The notes under the pieces are model-generated. The model did not search any database, was not told the DNA's origin, and worked only from the letters and a program-made list of their open reading frames with translations. From assembly GCA_023246815.1 (NCBI GenBank), contig JAHFHR010000001.1, positions 1 through 24,433 on the forward strand: 24,433 bases of DNA, written 5' to 3'. Position numbers and translations under genes: made by a program. How positions within the stretch are numbered: position 1 is the first letter of the stretch; each line of letters begins with the position of its first letter. Shown in pieces: positions 1 through 9,517 of this stretch. The DNA comes from a bacterium. GTDB taxonomy: Bacteria; Patescibacteriota; Patescibacteriia; Buchananbacterales; UBA6539.

Positions 1-23
1 TCATAGATTTTTAGTAACCACTG

Positions 24-45
24 CCCCGCCTTTGGCGGGGTTTTG
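24..45 (+). terminator. Rho-independent terminator of an upstream gene
   Basis: CCCCGCC(24-30)-TTT-GGCGGGG(34-40) followed by TTTT; a possible stop TAG lies at 4-6. Confidence 0.8.
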
Positions 46-67
46 GTTTTTATGAGGTTTATATTGA

Positions 68-96
68 TGGACACTAACATCATTTGAACGTATAAT
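68..96 (+). promoter_or_regulatory. sigma70-type promoter of the glycosyltransferase operon
   Basis: TGGACA(68-73), 17-bp spacer, TATAAT(91-96), 32 nt upstream of the ATG at 129. Confidence 0.7.
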
Positions 97-128
97 AGTA
101 CTAAGTATTTGTTCTATTTTTTAAGGAA

Positions 129-1619
129 ATGAGCCTCTTTCGTCAATTAACACCAGTCAAGATTGTGCTGCTGGCCGCAACGCTGGTGGGGGTATTTTTT
201 GTTGTGTACAGTCCACATTTTTCATACCCATTCCCCTTTCATATTGATGAGTGGCACCACATTGATCAGTCAATTTTGCTGGGGAGCTATGGTGATTACT
301 TTGATCGCTTACGCGTTGACCTTGAGGCGCGACCGAACAGTTTTGAAATCGGCTTTCATTTATTTTTACTACTACTGTCGCTTATTGTTAACGTCCCTAC
401 CACGCTGCAATTTATGCCCGGGCTGTGGGCGGTGTTGACGGCCAGCGTTCTTTTTTATACGACCTACAAATTAACTCGAGGTAATTTTTTGGCAGCGTGG
501 CTGGCAATCATTTTTTTTGCATCAATCAAATCAAACGTTAATCTAACGGGGCTGTGGTTTTTTACGCCCTTGACGTTTGCCGCACCATTTTTGTTTTTAT
601 ACATGTATTTATTCAGTGAGGGACTATTGCGTCAGGACAAGCGAATGGTGCTGGGGAGTCTTGCCATTATGGTATTTTTAATTCCGACCCATTCGGTCTC
701 ACTTTTGTTTGCGTTGCCGGCACTGACCATGTACGGTCTTTTTTATTGGAGATATATCCTTTCGGAATGGAAGTTTTTTTGGATTTTTTTGGTTATCCCA
801 GTAGCTGGTTTTATCTTTTTTAAGGATGCGCTTGGGCTTGCTTGGGGGGAAGCGTTTGTGCACTTTGCGCAAGGCATTCAGTTTCCCTATGGTTGGGGGG
901 TTTTAGAGTTAAATAATTCTTTATTCGAGGTGTACACCCTTGTTGGTGTTGTTTTTGCATTTGCCGGAGTTGTTTTGATTACCATGAAGCCAGAGCGGTG
1001 GCGATTTTTATTGTACCTATTATGGCCACTCAACGCTTTTATACTCATTGTGCTTTTTAGAGCAACTGGCATCTCATTTTTGGCCCCTTTCCAGCGCAAT
1101 CTATACTACTTGGCACTGGGGTTGCCAGTATTAAGTGGTGTGGGCGCCGCGCACCTTATCACTTTTACCAGTGAGCAGTTTAAGCGTTTTTTGTCATCAG
1201 CCAAGGATATTGAATATATAACCAAGGTGCTTACCGTTGGGGTGGTTATGGTAACCGTTCTTTTTTCATTTGTTTCTTACTACGAGGTTCCGGCCGGACT
1301 CGAGCTTTACCAACCGATTAATAAGGCAGACTACGCCGCGCTTCAATTTCTAGCTCAGCAACCACCAGGGCATGTTTTAGCATCACCGTTTGTATCAACG
1401 GCGGTGTTCTCGGTGTCAGGCATGCGTCCGCTAGCAACGGTTTTCTTTGATTCACAGTTTCGTGGCATCACGGAGCAATTTTTTGTTGTTGACTGTGAGC
1501 AAAAAAATGCATTGCTGCAGGGCGTTGAGGAGCGTCTGTATATTATTTCACAGCGAGCACTTACGTGTGGTTGGAATACTATTTATAATGATGATGATTA
1601 TATTTATCAAATAAATTAA
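129..1619 (+). CDS. Polytopic membrane protein, putative GT-C-fold (PMT/ArnT-like) glycosyltransferase
   Basis: 496 aa with many hydrophobic segments; acidic motif FHIDEWHH in the loop after TM1; soluble C-terminal tail; first gene of a GT operon. Confidence 0.6.
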   Translation: MSLFRQLTPVKIVLLAATLVGVFFVVYSPHFSYPFPFHIDEWHHIDQSILLGSYGDYFDRLRVDLEARPNSFEIGFHLFLLLLSLIVNVPTTLQFMPGLWAVLTASVLFYTTYKLTRGNFLAAWLAIIFFASIKSNVNLTGLWFFTPLTFAAPFLFLYMYLFSEGLLRQDKRMVLGSLAIMVFLIPTHSVSLLFALPALTMYGLFYWRYILSEWKFFWIFLVIPVAGFIFFKDALGLAWGEAFVHFAQGIQFPYGWGVLELNNSLFEVYTLVGVVFAFAGVVLITMKPERWRFLLYLLWPLNAFILIVLFRATGISFLAPFQRNLYYLALGLPVLSGVGAAHLITFTSEQFKRFLSSAKDIEYITKVLTVGVVMVTVLFSFVSYYEVPAGLELYQPINKADYAALQFLAQQPPGHVLASPFVSTAVFSVSGMRPLATVFFDSQFRGITEQFFVVDCEQKNALLQGVEERLYIISQRALTCGWNTIYNDDDYIYQIN

Positions 1620-1626
1620 TTCCGGC

Positions 1627-2328
1627 ATGTCTAAACAATATCCAGAAATTTCCATTATTTTACCCTGTCGTGATGAGGAGGCAGCTATTGGTTGGTGCTT
1701 AGAGCAGTTACGGCTGGTGATCACTTGCTATAATCTTTCAGCTGAAATTGTTGTCTCTGATTCTTCTTCTGATCGATCTCCCGAAATTGTCGCACAGTAT
1801 GCGGAGGTAAAATTAGTGAAACATAATCAGATTGGCTATGGCCGTGCCTATTTGGCAGGAGCGGCCGCGGCCACCGGGCAGTATTTATTTTTTGCCGATG
1901 CTGATGCCACCTATGATTTTCAGGAGATCCCTCGCTTTATTGCCGGGCTACGAGATGGGGAAGATTTTGTTATTGGTAATCGCTTTGCAGGGGCAATTGA
2001 ATCAGGCGCCATGCCCTGGCTACACCGATATTTGGGCAATCCGTTGTTGTCTGCCTTAACACGGTTCATTTTTAAACTATCAGTACGTGATGTACACTGC
2101 GGTATGCGCGCGCTTAAGCGTTCTGCCTTTGAAGCGATGCAATTAAAAACGTCGGGCATGGAGCTTGCCACTGAAATGGTGGTAAAAGCTAAAGTCCTTG
2201 GCCTCCGCGTTGCTCAACTGCCTATCAACTATCATTCGCGGCTCGGGACTTCAAAATTAAAGACTTTTTCTGACGGTTGGCGCCATTTGCGGTTTATGGC
2301 AAGCGCCATGAATATGAATGAGAAATGA
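1627..2328 (+). CDS. GT2 polyprenyl-phosphate glycosyltransferase (DPM1/ArnC-like)
   Basis: ISIILPCRDEE, VVSDSSSD, GYGRAY, FADADATY (DxD), DVHCGMRA, ELATEM, YHSRLGTSKL motifs. Confidence 0.85.
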   Translation: MSKQYPEISIILPCRDEEAAIGWCLEQLRLVITCYNLSAEIVVSDSSSDRSPEIVAQYAEVKLVKHNQIGYGRAYLAGAAAATGQYLFFADADATYDFQEIPRFIAGLRDGEDFVIGNRFAGAIESGAMPWLHRYLGNPLLSALTRFIFKLSVRDVHCGMRALKRSAFEAMQLKTSGMELATEMVVKAKVLGLRVAQLPINYHSRLGTSKLKTFSDGWRHLRFMASAMNMNEK

Positions 2329-3947
2329 GCATGTTACCACTACCGGTGCTCAGTCATCCCAAACGTTTAGCGTGGGGGCTATTGCTACTGAGCACTATTT
2401 TTTTGTTAGGGTATCAGTTACGCGCGTACCACGATATTCACTCTTTTTTACCGTATTCTCCCTACGAAGCTTACGATGCGCATACTCTTGAGCGCGGAGA
2501 CCGTTTTTTTAGCGACCACATTCCCCTCTATCCGACTAAGTTTTTGATTCGTTTGGTAACAGAAACTTTTTTTGGTTCACTGTATGTCCTCTATCTCGCT
2601 GGCTTTGTCGCGGTTTTCTTACTGGGGCGTTTTTTTTCAAAAAATGATCTTGGAGGCGTGCTCGCTGTTATGTTATATGCGATTGCCCCTGACAATCTAC
2701 TCCAGTATACTAAAACGGTTTTAGTAAATGATAGCGGTGTGTCGTATATTGCAGCACTTTTTGCAATTCTGTCGCTTGGGGCTTATCTACGATCAAGGCT
2801 TCGAGTATGGCTACTTTTATTTTTTCTCTGTGGTGTGATTGCGCTCACCTCATATCATACCGGAGCAGCGGCATTCGCAATAATCCTTCTTGCTTCGTTG
2901 GGATCTCTGGCGTTGAGTAGTATGTTAAGCATCAGCTCCGCGATCACTATTGGTGGATTACTACTTCTTTATAGCGTTTGGTTGATCTTTGTCGATCCCG
3001 AGCAGTTCGCGCTTTTTTATCAGACCGTGCGACCGGACATGTTAGCGTATGCGCTAGCTGGCTTGCTGGTAGCAGTTGGTGTACTTTTTTTATTTTCTCT
3101 TTCTAGATTCTCCAAACGACTTTACAGCCTCTCTGAGTGGTTGCCGCTACTTGCGGTAGTTAGCGGGGCGCTACTATTGCTAAGCGACACTGATATTTTT
3201 GGTAGACTACTAGGAGTGAGTTCAGATTCAGGTGGGCACTATTTGTCTTTGCTAACGCTCAACAGTGCTTTAGCACAGGCGCTGTTGGTCTGTTTGTATA
3301 GCAGTATGGTAGTGCCGTTTTTCTCTAAACGAATCTTAAACCTTGAGCAGACACTCTTGCGTGGCTGGATGGTCGGGGTAGTATTGGTTGGGGTAGCGCT
3401 TATTGCTGGCGGGTACATGAGTCGGATACCCGACTATCTATTTCCTATTTGTTATGTATTTTTTGCATGCTATTGGTCGGACCGCTTTAGATTCAGAAAA
3501 ATTGTAGTGATTGCCACTGTATTACTATTAGTTGTTGCGCAACTTCGTATCTTGGAAGATCCTTTTTCACAACGCCGTTTTTATACTTTGGCTGAAGTGG
3601 AATCTGCTCGTGCAGTTGCCGCTCGTAACCTAGCAGGACCAGTGATGTCTGACTTGCGTACCGCCGCGCTATTACGGTACGTTGGGATGTCCGACGTTCA
3701 ATTTTTTTCCGAAAATAGTACAGAGCACCACACATTGTTTTATGGGTACGATCAACTTTATCCTTCTGATGATACGTCGTACGTGATACTCACTCGTGCA
3801 ATGCGTGATGTCGTGTATGCCACTAATTTTCAAACGACACCACTTGATGCCAGCGTATATGCTTTTTATCGAGAACGATTTACCGAGGTATACAGTGATG
3901 GAATATTTTATGTCTACGAACTTTCCGTGCCTCCTAATCTGCAATAG
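2325..3947 (+). CDS. Polytopic membrane protein, possible GT-C-like glycosyltransferase
   Basis: 540 aa, largely hydrophobic; acidic loop YEAYDAH after TM1; soluble C-terminal domain; ATGA overlap with the GT2 gene. Confidence 0.5.
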   Translation: MSMLPLPVLSHPKRLAWGLLLLSTIFLLGYQLRAYHDIHSFLPYSPYEAYDAHTLERGDRFFSDHIPLYPTKFLIRLVTETFFGSLYVLYLAGFVAVFLLGRFFSKNDLGGVLAVMLYAIAPDNLLQYTKTVLVNDSGVSYIAALFAILSLGAYLRSRLRVWLLLFFLCGVIALTSYHTGAAAFAIILLASLGSLALSSMLSISSAITIGGLLLLYSVWLIFVDPEQFALFYQTVRPDMLAYALAGLLVAVGVLFLFSLSRFSKRLYSLSEWLPLLAVVSGALLLLSDTDIFGRLLGVSSDSGGHYLSLLTLNSALAQALLVCLYSSMVVPFFSKRILNLEQTLLRGWMVGVVLVGVALIAGGYMSRIPDYLFPICYVFFACYWSDRFRFRKIVVIATVLLLVVAQLRILEDPFSQRRFYTLAEVESARAVAARNLAGPVMSDLRTAALLRYVGMSDVQFFSENSTEHHTLFYGYDQLYPSDDTSYVILTRAMRDVVYATNFQTTPLDASVYAFYRERFTEVYSDGIFYVYELSVPPNLQ

Positions 3948-3949
3948 CC

Positions 3950-5881
3950 ATGTTTGTGCCTAAGTTATCATCGTTACTCCGAATCCCCAGCCAGTACACG
4001 GCGTGGCTACTCTTGTTGGTTGTGGCAGCGTATGTGCTTCGTATATTGCCCTATGCACTCGGGTATAACTTGCCTATCGCTCAAGAAGGAATGCGGGATT
4101 TTCAGCAGGTGCAGTACTTACTTGAGCATCACCAGATCAATGCGACAGCTAGCTACTTTGATTATGGTGCGTTCCCCGTGCTGCATATACTGGTTGCGGC
4201 TATTGCCTGGCTTGGGTTTGATCCGCTGCGGGTTTTTCTTTTTGTGCCCCAGCTGTTTCCCAGTATTGGATTAATTTTTTTCTATTTTTTTCTAAGTCGT
4301 TACTTTTCAAAAGCTCAAAGTCTCTGGGCAATTTTTTGTGTAGCAGTATTTATCCCCCACATCTATTGGACCGCGCAACCAGTGCGCGAAACAACGGGGT
4401 TATTTTTCTTTCCGCTCATTATCTATGGACTTGATCGTGTCCTGCAGCCCATTACTAGGCAGAAGCGCTGGGCATGGTGGCTATTTCTGGTGTCTTCACT
4501 TGGGTTGCTGGTTGTTACCCACCATTGGACAAGCGTAATGGTAGTCGCATGGATTTTTGCTTATAGTTTAGTCTGGGTTGATAAACCTCGGCCTGTTGCC
4601 ACGGGATTATTGCTTGGAACTGGATTTCTAAGTGTAACCTTGCTCTACTGGTTTTTCTTTTTTGAACGCGGCCTTGAACTATTATATTCTCTGCTGTCGC
4701 CCGTACCGCTTGTGCTACTACTCGGAGTATTGTTATCCATAATGCTCGGTCACACGGTGAGTACTGGTTCGGTCGCGCTACGCTGTATTAGTGCGTGCAG
4801 AACCCTTCCTGGAGCAATTATTGCTTCTGTTCTTGGGGGCTCCGCAGCAGTAGTGGTTGGATTTTTTTTACTACCAATTAACTATCCGCTACTAGTGTGG
4901 GGATTTTTTATTGTCCTAGCAGTGTTATTTTTTATCGGATTTTTTAAGAGATCAACTCTGCACACCGATCAATTATTGCTTCTGTCTACCGCCTACCTAT
5001 TAGTGTGGCCCGTGGTGATGCCGCTGGTGCTATTGGGCAATGATTTAAATACAGTTCCTTTTGATCCTTTTAGAACAGCTGAGTTTATTATTTATCCGTT
5101 AAGCCCATTAATTGCTGCTGGTATACTTTATGCACTGCGCACTAGTCGTTGGTTCGCCTACCTGGCCATCGTGCTACTAGGAGCGCTCTCCACTATGGCA
5201 TACCCAACTATCTATATTTTTAACACTAATTTTTATGGTACTCTGTTATATGATATTCGTAGTGACTTGCGATACATTTCCCCTGCTGTTCAGCAGCTGG
5301 TGTCTTTGGCCGCTGCGGACGGCAAGGCTGTGCGTACGCCTTTGTCAGAAATCGCCACCTACCAAGAAGCATTTTTTGGGGTCAAATCGAGCCAGTATAC
5401 TTTGGTGACCGCACAAGACCAGCGAGTAAAGAATCACGCCGCTTTGATTAATCACGAGATCGCTGGCGTTAGTATCAACGAATACTGGGAAGATTATCAG
5501 AGTATTTTTCCAGAACTCATTGTAGCTCGGCGCGGCGAGGATTTATTATTGCGAGATCCATTGCTTGATGCTGGGTTTATTTCACAAACCGCTGATCGAT
5601 TGCTGACCATTGGTGCTGTGCCAAGTGTCACCGTAGTATATGAAAATACGGGGACTGACCGGTGGCGAACTAATCGCGGTGATGAGCTAACTAGTAATCA
5701 TGGCTATAGTATCCCCTTGCCTTATGATGTTGTACCCGGAGCTCGTGTTACTTTTTTTGCTATACAGCCTCTTGTTGGCATCCTTGGTGTTTATGATGTT
5801 GTCTGGAGGATGCATCGCCCAGGCCTTGGATTTTTTGGTTCATCAAGCCCAACCACTACGGTTACCTTGATTAGAGAGTAG
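3950..5881 (+). CDS. Polytopic membrane protein, possible GT-C-like glycosyltransferase with C-terminal Ig-like domain
   Basis: 643 aa, many TM segments; acidic loop QEGMRD after TM1; C-terminus YENTGTDRW...LPYDVVPG...YDVVWRM...FFG resembles NBR1/FW Ig-like domains. Confidence 0.5.
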   Translation: MFVPKLSSLLRIPSQYTAWLLLLVVAAYVLRILPYALGYNLPIAQEGMRDFQQVQYLLEHHQINATASYFDYGAFPVLHILVAAIAWLGFDPLRVFLFVPQLFPSIGLIFFYFFLSRYFSKAQSLWAIFCVAVFIPHIYWTAQPVRETTGLFFFPLIIYGLDRVLQPITRQKRWAWWLFLVSSLGLLVVTHHWTSVMVVAWIFAYSLVWVDKPRPVATGLLLGTGFLSVTLLYWFFFFERGLELLYSLLSPVPLVLLLGVLLSIMLGHTVSTGSVALRCISACRTLPGAIIASVLGGSAAVVVGFFLLPINYPLLVWGFFIVLAVLFFIGFFKRSTLHTDQLLLLSTAYLLVWPVVMPLVLLGNDLNTVPFDPFRTAEFIIYPLSPLIAAGILYALRTSRWFAYLAIVLLGALSTMAYPTIYIFNTNFYGTLLYDIRSDLRYISPAVQQLVSLAAADGKAVRTPLSEIATYQEAFFGVKSSQYTLVTAQDQRVKNHAALINHEIAGVSINEYWEDYQSIFPELIVARRGEDLLLRDPLLDAGFISQTADRLLTIGAVPSVTVVYENTGTDRWRTNRGDELTSNHGYSIPLPYDVVPGARVTFFAIQPLVGILGVYDVVWRMHRPGLGFFGSSSPTTTVTLIRE

Positions 5882-5887
5882 ACTGTT

Positions 5888-6979
5888 ATGCGAGTTGCCA
5901 TTTTCCACAATTTTATGGACAATATCGGTGGTGCTGAGTATGTTGATTTAGTTCTTGCTCAAGCGCTCGGTGCTGATATTTATACCACTAACATCAACCA
6001 AGGGAAGATTGCTAAGCTTGGTTTTTCAACGGACAACATTTTTAGCATCGGTTCTGTGCCGGTCAATCAACCCCTGCGCAATGAAGCAGCGCATCAGCGA
6101 TTTAAGCGTCTGAATTTGGGCACTCGTTACGATGCCTATATTATTGCCGGTGATTGGGCAATGGCTGCTGCTATTCATAACAAGCCCAATCTTTGGTACA
6201 TTTATTCTCCGGCTCGTGAAATCTGGGATGCTCACGAATTTACTCGGCAGACATTGGTACCTGCGCCAGCTCGTCCTTTATTTACGGCTTGGGCAAAGCA
6301 TCATCGCAGACAAACGTTACAGAACCTGCAGCATATTAATCGTTTTGTTGCTATTTCTGAAAATGTTCGTTCTCGGGTGCAACGTTACTTGAGGCGTGAT
6401 GCTGTGGTGGTTCACCCACCGACGGACACTCAGCGTTTTAGGTATCAGGGAAATGGAGATTTTTGGTTGTCAGTTAATCGGCTATTCCATCATAAGCGCG
6501 TTGAGTTACAGCTTCAGGCGTTTTCGATGTTACCCCAGGAACAGCTGGTGATTGTTGGCTCATATGAGCGTTCACGTCATTTCCGTCGCTATGCTCAAGA
6601 GATGGAGCGGCTTAAGCCAGCCAACGTAACCTTATTGCACTGGGTTGATGCGCAGGCACTTGTTGATTTATATGCTCGTTGTCGGGGATTTTTAACCACT
6701 TCAATGGACGAAGACTATGGAATGGGGCCGGTTGAGGCAATGGCTGCAGGTAAACCGGTCATTGCTCCGAATGAAGGAGGGTACCGTGAAACCGTTATTG
6801 ATGGTCAAACTGGGGTGCTTATTGATGCTATCACCCCTGAAAAAATAGTAGCTGCGATAGGTGTGGTTGGTCCTCGTGCCGCTGAATATCAAATAGCCTG
6901 TCAAAAACGAGCCCAACAGTTTGATGTATCGATTTTCATTTCTAAAATGCAAGAACAGCTTAATGAGCTTATTAAATAA
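5888..6979 (+). CDS. GT4 (GT-B fold) glycosyltransferase
   Basis: N-terminal RVAIFH...GGAE; EDYGMGPVEAMAAGKPVIA (EX7E motif); GGYRETVIDG. Confidence 0.9.
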   Translation: MRVAIFHNFMDNIGGAEYVDLVLAQALGADIYTTNINQGKIAKLGFSTDNIFSIGSVPVNQPLRNEAAHQRFKRLNLGTRYDAYIIAGDWAMAAAIHNKPNLWYIYSPAREIWDAHEFTRQTLVPAPARPLFTAWAKHHRRQTLQNLQHINRFVAISENVRSRVQRYLRRDAVVVHPPTDTQRFRYQGNGDFWLSVNRLFHHKRVELQLQAFSMLPQEQLVIVGSYERSRHFRRYAQEMERLKPANVTLLHWVDAQALVDLYARCRGFLTTSMDEDYGMGPVEAMAAGKPVIAPNEGGYRETVIDGQTGVLIDAITPEKIVAAIGVVGPRAAEYQIACQKRAQQFDVSIFISKMQEQLNELIK

Positions 6980-7828
6980 ATGAAACCGACTGTTTCTGTT
7001 ATTATTCCCGTGTATAATGGCGCGGCAACGCTTCGTGCGTGCCTTGCATCCGTGTTAGCACAGGCGTACCCTAGTTTTGAAGTGATTGTGGTTGATAATA
7101 ATTCTACTGACACCACAGCTGATATTATTAAATCGTTTGGTGATCAGGTGCGCTCTGTGTTTTTAGCGAAAAGGGGTCGTGGTAATGCTCGCAATGCAGG
7201 CATTGCTGCCGCGCACGGCGACAGTATTGTTTTTACTGATTGTGACTGCATTGCCTCGTCCGACTGGCTGGCTTGTCTTGTCGCGCCGCTACTCAGTAGT
7301 AGCGCCAGTGCCGTGACCGGATTTCATGTTGCTGCTACTACTGACTATTGGGCACGACAGGTACAGCAACGCGATCAGATTTACTTTGATCGAGTCCGAA
7401 ATGGAGAATGGATTCATCATGTTGACACTAAAAATTTTGCTATCGATGGCACACTAATGCGTGCGATGTTATTTAATGAAAGTTTGCAGAATATGGAAGA
7501 CTACGATTTTTGCCTTCGGCTTACGACCGCTGGTGTGCCTATTTCATTTGCTCCTAACGCAGTAGTGGCCCACCACCACCGTTCATCATTGCGCGCAGTG
7601 ATAGCCACTAATCTTTCTCGCGGATACTGGATCGGGCGCGTACAGCGCATGCATCATTCTCGGCAGATAGTACCTCCTATGGGCGAGAGTTTTAGTCTGG
7701 GGAATGCAATTAGTTTTCCGATTTGGCTGGTAGGGCAGCTCGTTCGTCATCCCGCGCACTTCCCCTATCTCTTTATTTCTGAAATCAGTTGGCGACTCGG
7801 CAGTATTTGGCAATTTTTTAAGTTATGA
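6980..7828 (+). CDS. GT2 (GT-A fold) glycosyltransferase
   Basis: VSVIIPVYNG, VVDNNSTD, ARNAG, FTDCDC (DxD), EDYDF. Confidence 0.9.
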   Translation: MKPTVSVIIPVYNGAATLRACLASVLAQAYPSFEVIVVDNNSTDTTADIIKSFGDQVRSVFLAKRGRGNARNAGIAAAHGDSIVFTDCDCIASSDWLACLVAPLLSSSASAVTGFHVAATTDYWARQVQQRDQIYFDRVRNGEWIHHVDTKNFAIDGTLMRAMLFNESLQNMEDYDFCLRLTTAGVPISFAPNAVVAHHHRSSLRAVIATNLSRGYWIGRVQRMHHSRQIVPPMGESFSLGNAISFPIWLVGQLVRHPAHFPYLFISEISWRLGSIWQFFKL

Positions 7829-8865
7829 ACGATCATCGTAAAAATCTTTTAGTTACCTTGGCTGATCGGGCCTATCTGTCAGCTGCACAGCAGCTATTTG
7901 CGAGTGCCCACTTGCACGGCGGTTGGGATGGCGATTACATGTTGCTCACCCCAGAGGACGTTGATGATTCTGAGCTTGCGTGGTTTTACCGACAGGGGGT
8001 TGTTGTAAAAAAGTTGCCCATTCCTGTGCACTACGCTGGTGCGACTGGCTTTCCGTTAACTATTTATTTAATGCTGCATCTGTTTACGCCAATGGTTGCG
8101 GCGTGGGATCAGGTGGTGTTTATAGACGCAGACTGTATTGTTCGCGCCTCACTTGCTGAACTATCTCATGTACCTAGTTTTTCGGCAATTCGTGATGTGT
8201 TAAAAATGAAACTTGCTGATCAATTTCGCTGGTATTTTGTTCAAGTTTCTAGTGCCTCTCTTTACCAACTTTCTCCTGTCTCTCATCTTGAATACAAGAA
8301 TACCTATTCGCGGTTGAAACACGAGTACCCACTCCGCAGCCCTTCGTTTAATTTGGGAGTACTTGCGTTTCCAACATCAATTATTACCGACGAGCTACTA
8401 AGCAACTTACATCGTATCTACCAAACATACGGGGCCATCGGAGCTTTTGCAATTCAAGGCGATCTCAACCTTCTTTTTGCTGAGCGCTGGCACCACTTGC
8501 CTCCCGCATACAATGCCTTTGCTTATTATTGGATGAGCCACTACGGACTTTCTCGGGAGCGCGTTGACGGAGTGTTGCTCCATTTTGCTGGAGGGCCGAA
8601 GCCTTGGGAAACGAGCAATCCTTTTTATCCGGAATGGAAGGAAAATTTTGATGCTTCCGAGAATATTGATCTTCAAATATTTCGACCAGCAACCCGAATT
8701 TGGAATACGGAGGAGTTGGAAGAGCACCAGCTTTTTATGGATACTAAACATTTTGAATATACAGTTTGGTTTACGATCGATCGTAGTCTTGGTAACCTCG
8801 GTAAGGCAGTTCGTTGGTGCTCACCACGACTATATGACTTCATAAAACGACTGATTGTCGGATAG
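7825..8865 (+). CDS. GT8 family glycosyltransferase
   Basis: VFIDADCIV, FNLGV, QGDLNLLF, LPPAYN and LLHFAGGPKPW are characteristic GT8 motifs. Confidence 0.85.
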   Translation: MNDHRKNLLVTLADRAYLSAAQQLFASAHLHGGWDGDYMLLTPEDVDDSELAWFYRQGVVVKKLPIPVHYAGATGFPLTIYLMLHLFTPMVAAWDQVVFIDADCIVRASLAELSHVPSFSAIRDVLKMKLADQFRWYFVQVSSASLYQLSPVSHLEYKNTYSRLKHEYPLRSPSFNLGVLAFPTSIITDELLSNLHRIYQTYGAIGAFAIQGDLNLLFAERWHHLPPAYNAFAYYWMSHYGLSRERVDGVLLHFAGGPKPWETSNPFYPEWKENFDASENIDLQIFRPATRIWNTEELEEHQLFMDTKHFEYTVWFTIDRSLGNLGKAVRWCSPRLYDFIKRLIVG

Positions 8866-8883
8866 GCGGCAATGGTATATCAT
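8855..8883 (+). promoter_or_regulatory. Possible internal sigma70 promoter for the acpS-ACP-ligase-acyltransferase module
   Basis: TTGTCG(8855-8860), 17 bp, TATCAT(8878-8883), at the largest intergenic gap of the operon. Confidence 0.4.
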
Positions 8884-8906
8884 AAGGTAGTAATTTGTTT
8901 ACTTGT

Positions 8907-9269
8907 ATGAACACCGCTACCATTGGGCTAGGCGTTGATCTTGAAGAAAATAAACGTTTTTTAGGGTTGGATCGCGTTGCTGATCGGCCATTTTTAGAAA
9001 AAATTTTTACCCCACAAGAGCTGGACTACTGTTTCAGTAGGCCGCTACCGGCACAACATTTATGCGCTTGTTTTGTCGGCAAAGAAGCAGTCATTAAAGC
9101 TCTGGGTAGTTGCGGTCAGACTATCAGCAGCTACCACGATATTGAAATTGGCCATGCGTCTGACGGCGCACCGGTTGTTACCCTTGCTCATCATCCAACA
9201 GCACACGTTACCATTAGTCTTTCGCACAGTGCCCAACAATCAGTAGCATTTGTGCTTCTGTATTGGTGA
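8907..9269 (+). CDS. acpS: Holo-ACP synthase (4'-phosphopantetheinyl transferase, AcpS type)
   Basis: IGLGVD, IFTPQE, KEAVIKA and ISLSHS motifs; ATG at 8907 preferred over TTG at 8895. Confidence 0.85.
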   Translation: MNTATIGLGVDLEENKRFLGLDRVADRPFLEKIFTPQELDYCFSRPLPAQHLCACFVGKEAVIKALGSCGQTISSYHDIEIGHASDGAPVVTLAHHPTAHVTISLSHSAQQSVAFVLLYW

Positions 9270-9517
9270 ATATGAATATACAACAACAAGTCATCGCCAT
9301 CTTTTGTGACTCAGTTGAACATTCAGTGGATCGAGATACGCTGGATCTTACTATGCCGCTAAAAAATATGCCCTACATTGATTCCCTAACGCTTCTGAAG
9401 TTTGTTTCAGCCATTGAGGCTAGGTACAAAGTTTCAGTGGCGATGAATGAGGTTGATCAAGTTTTTCGCAGTATCGGTAGTGTTGTTGCCTACATTGAAG
9501 CTCATCACTCTACATGA
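9266..9517 (+). CDS. Acyl carrier protein
   Basis: ~83 aa with IDSL (phosphopantetheine Ser) followed by LLKFVSAIEARY; GTGA overlap with the acpS stop (alternative ATG at 9272). Confidence 0.85.
   Translation: MNMNIQQQVIAIFCDSVEHSVDRDTLDLTMPLKNMPYIDSLTLLKFVSAIEARYKVSVAMNEVDQVFRSIGSVVAYIEAHHST

Noticed and set aside
5470-5500. YWEDYQ as an STT3/PglB WWDYG motif
   Set aside because: Similarity is too weak and no supporting DK/MI motif was recognised.
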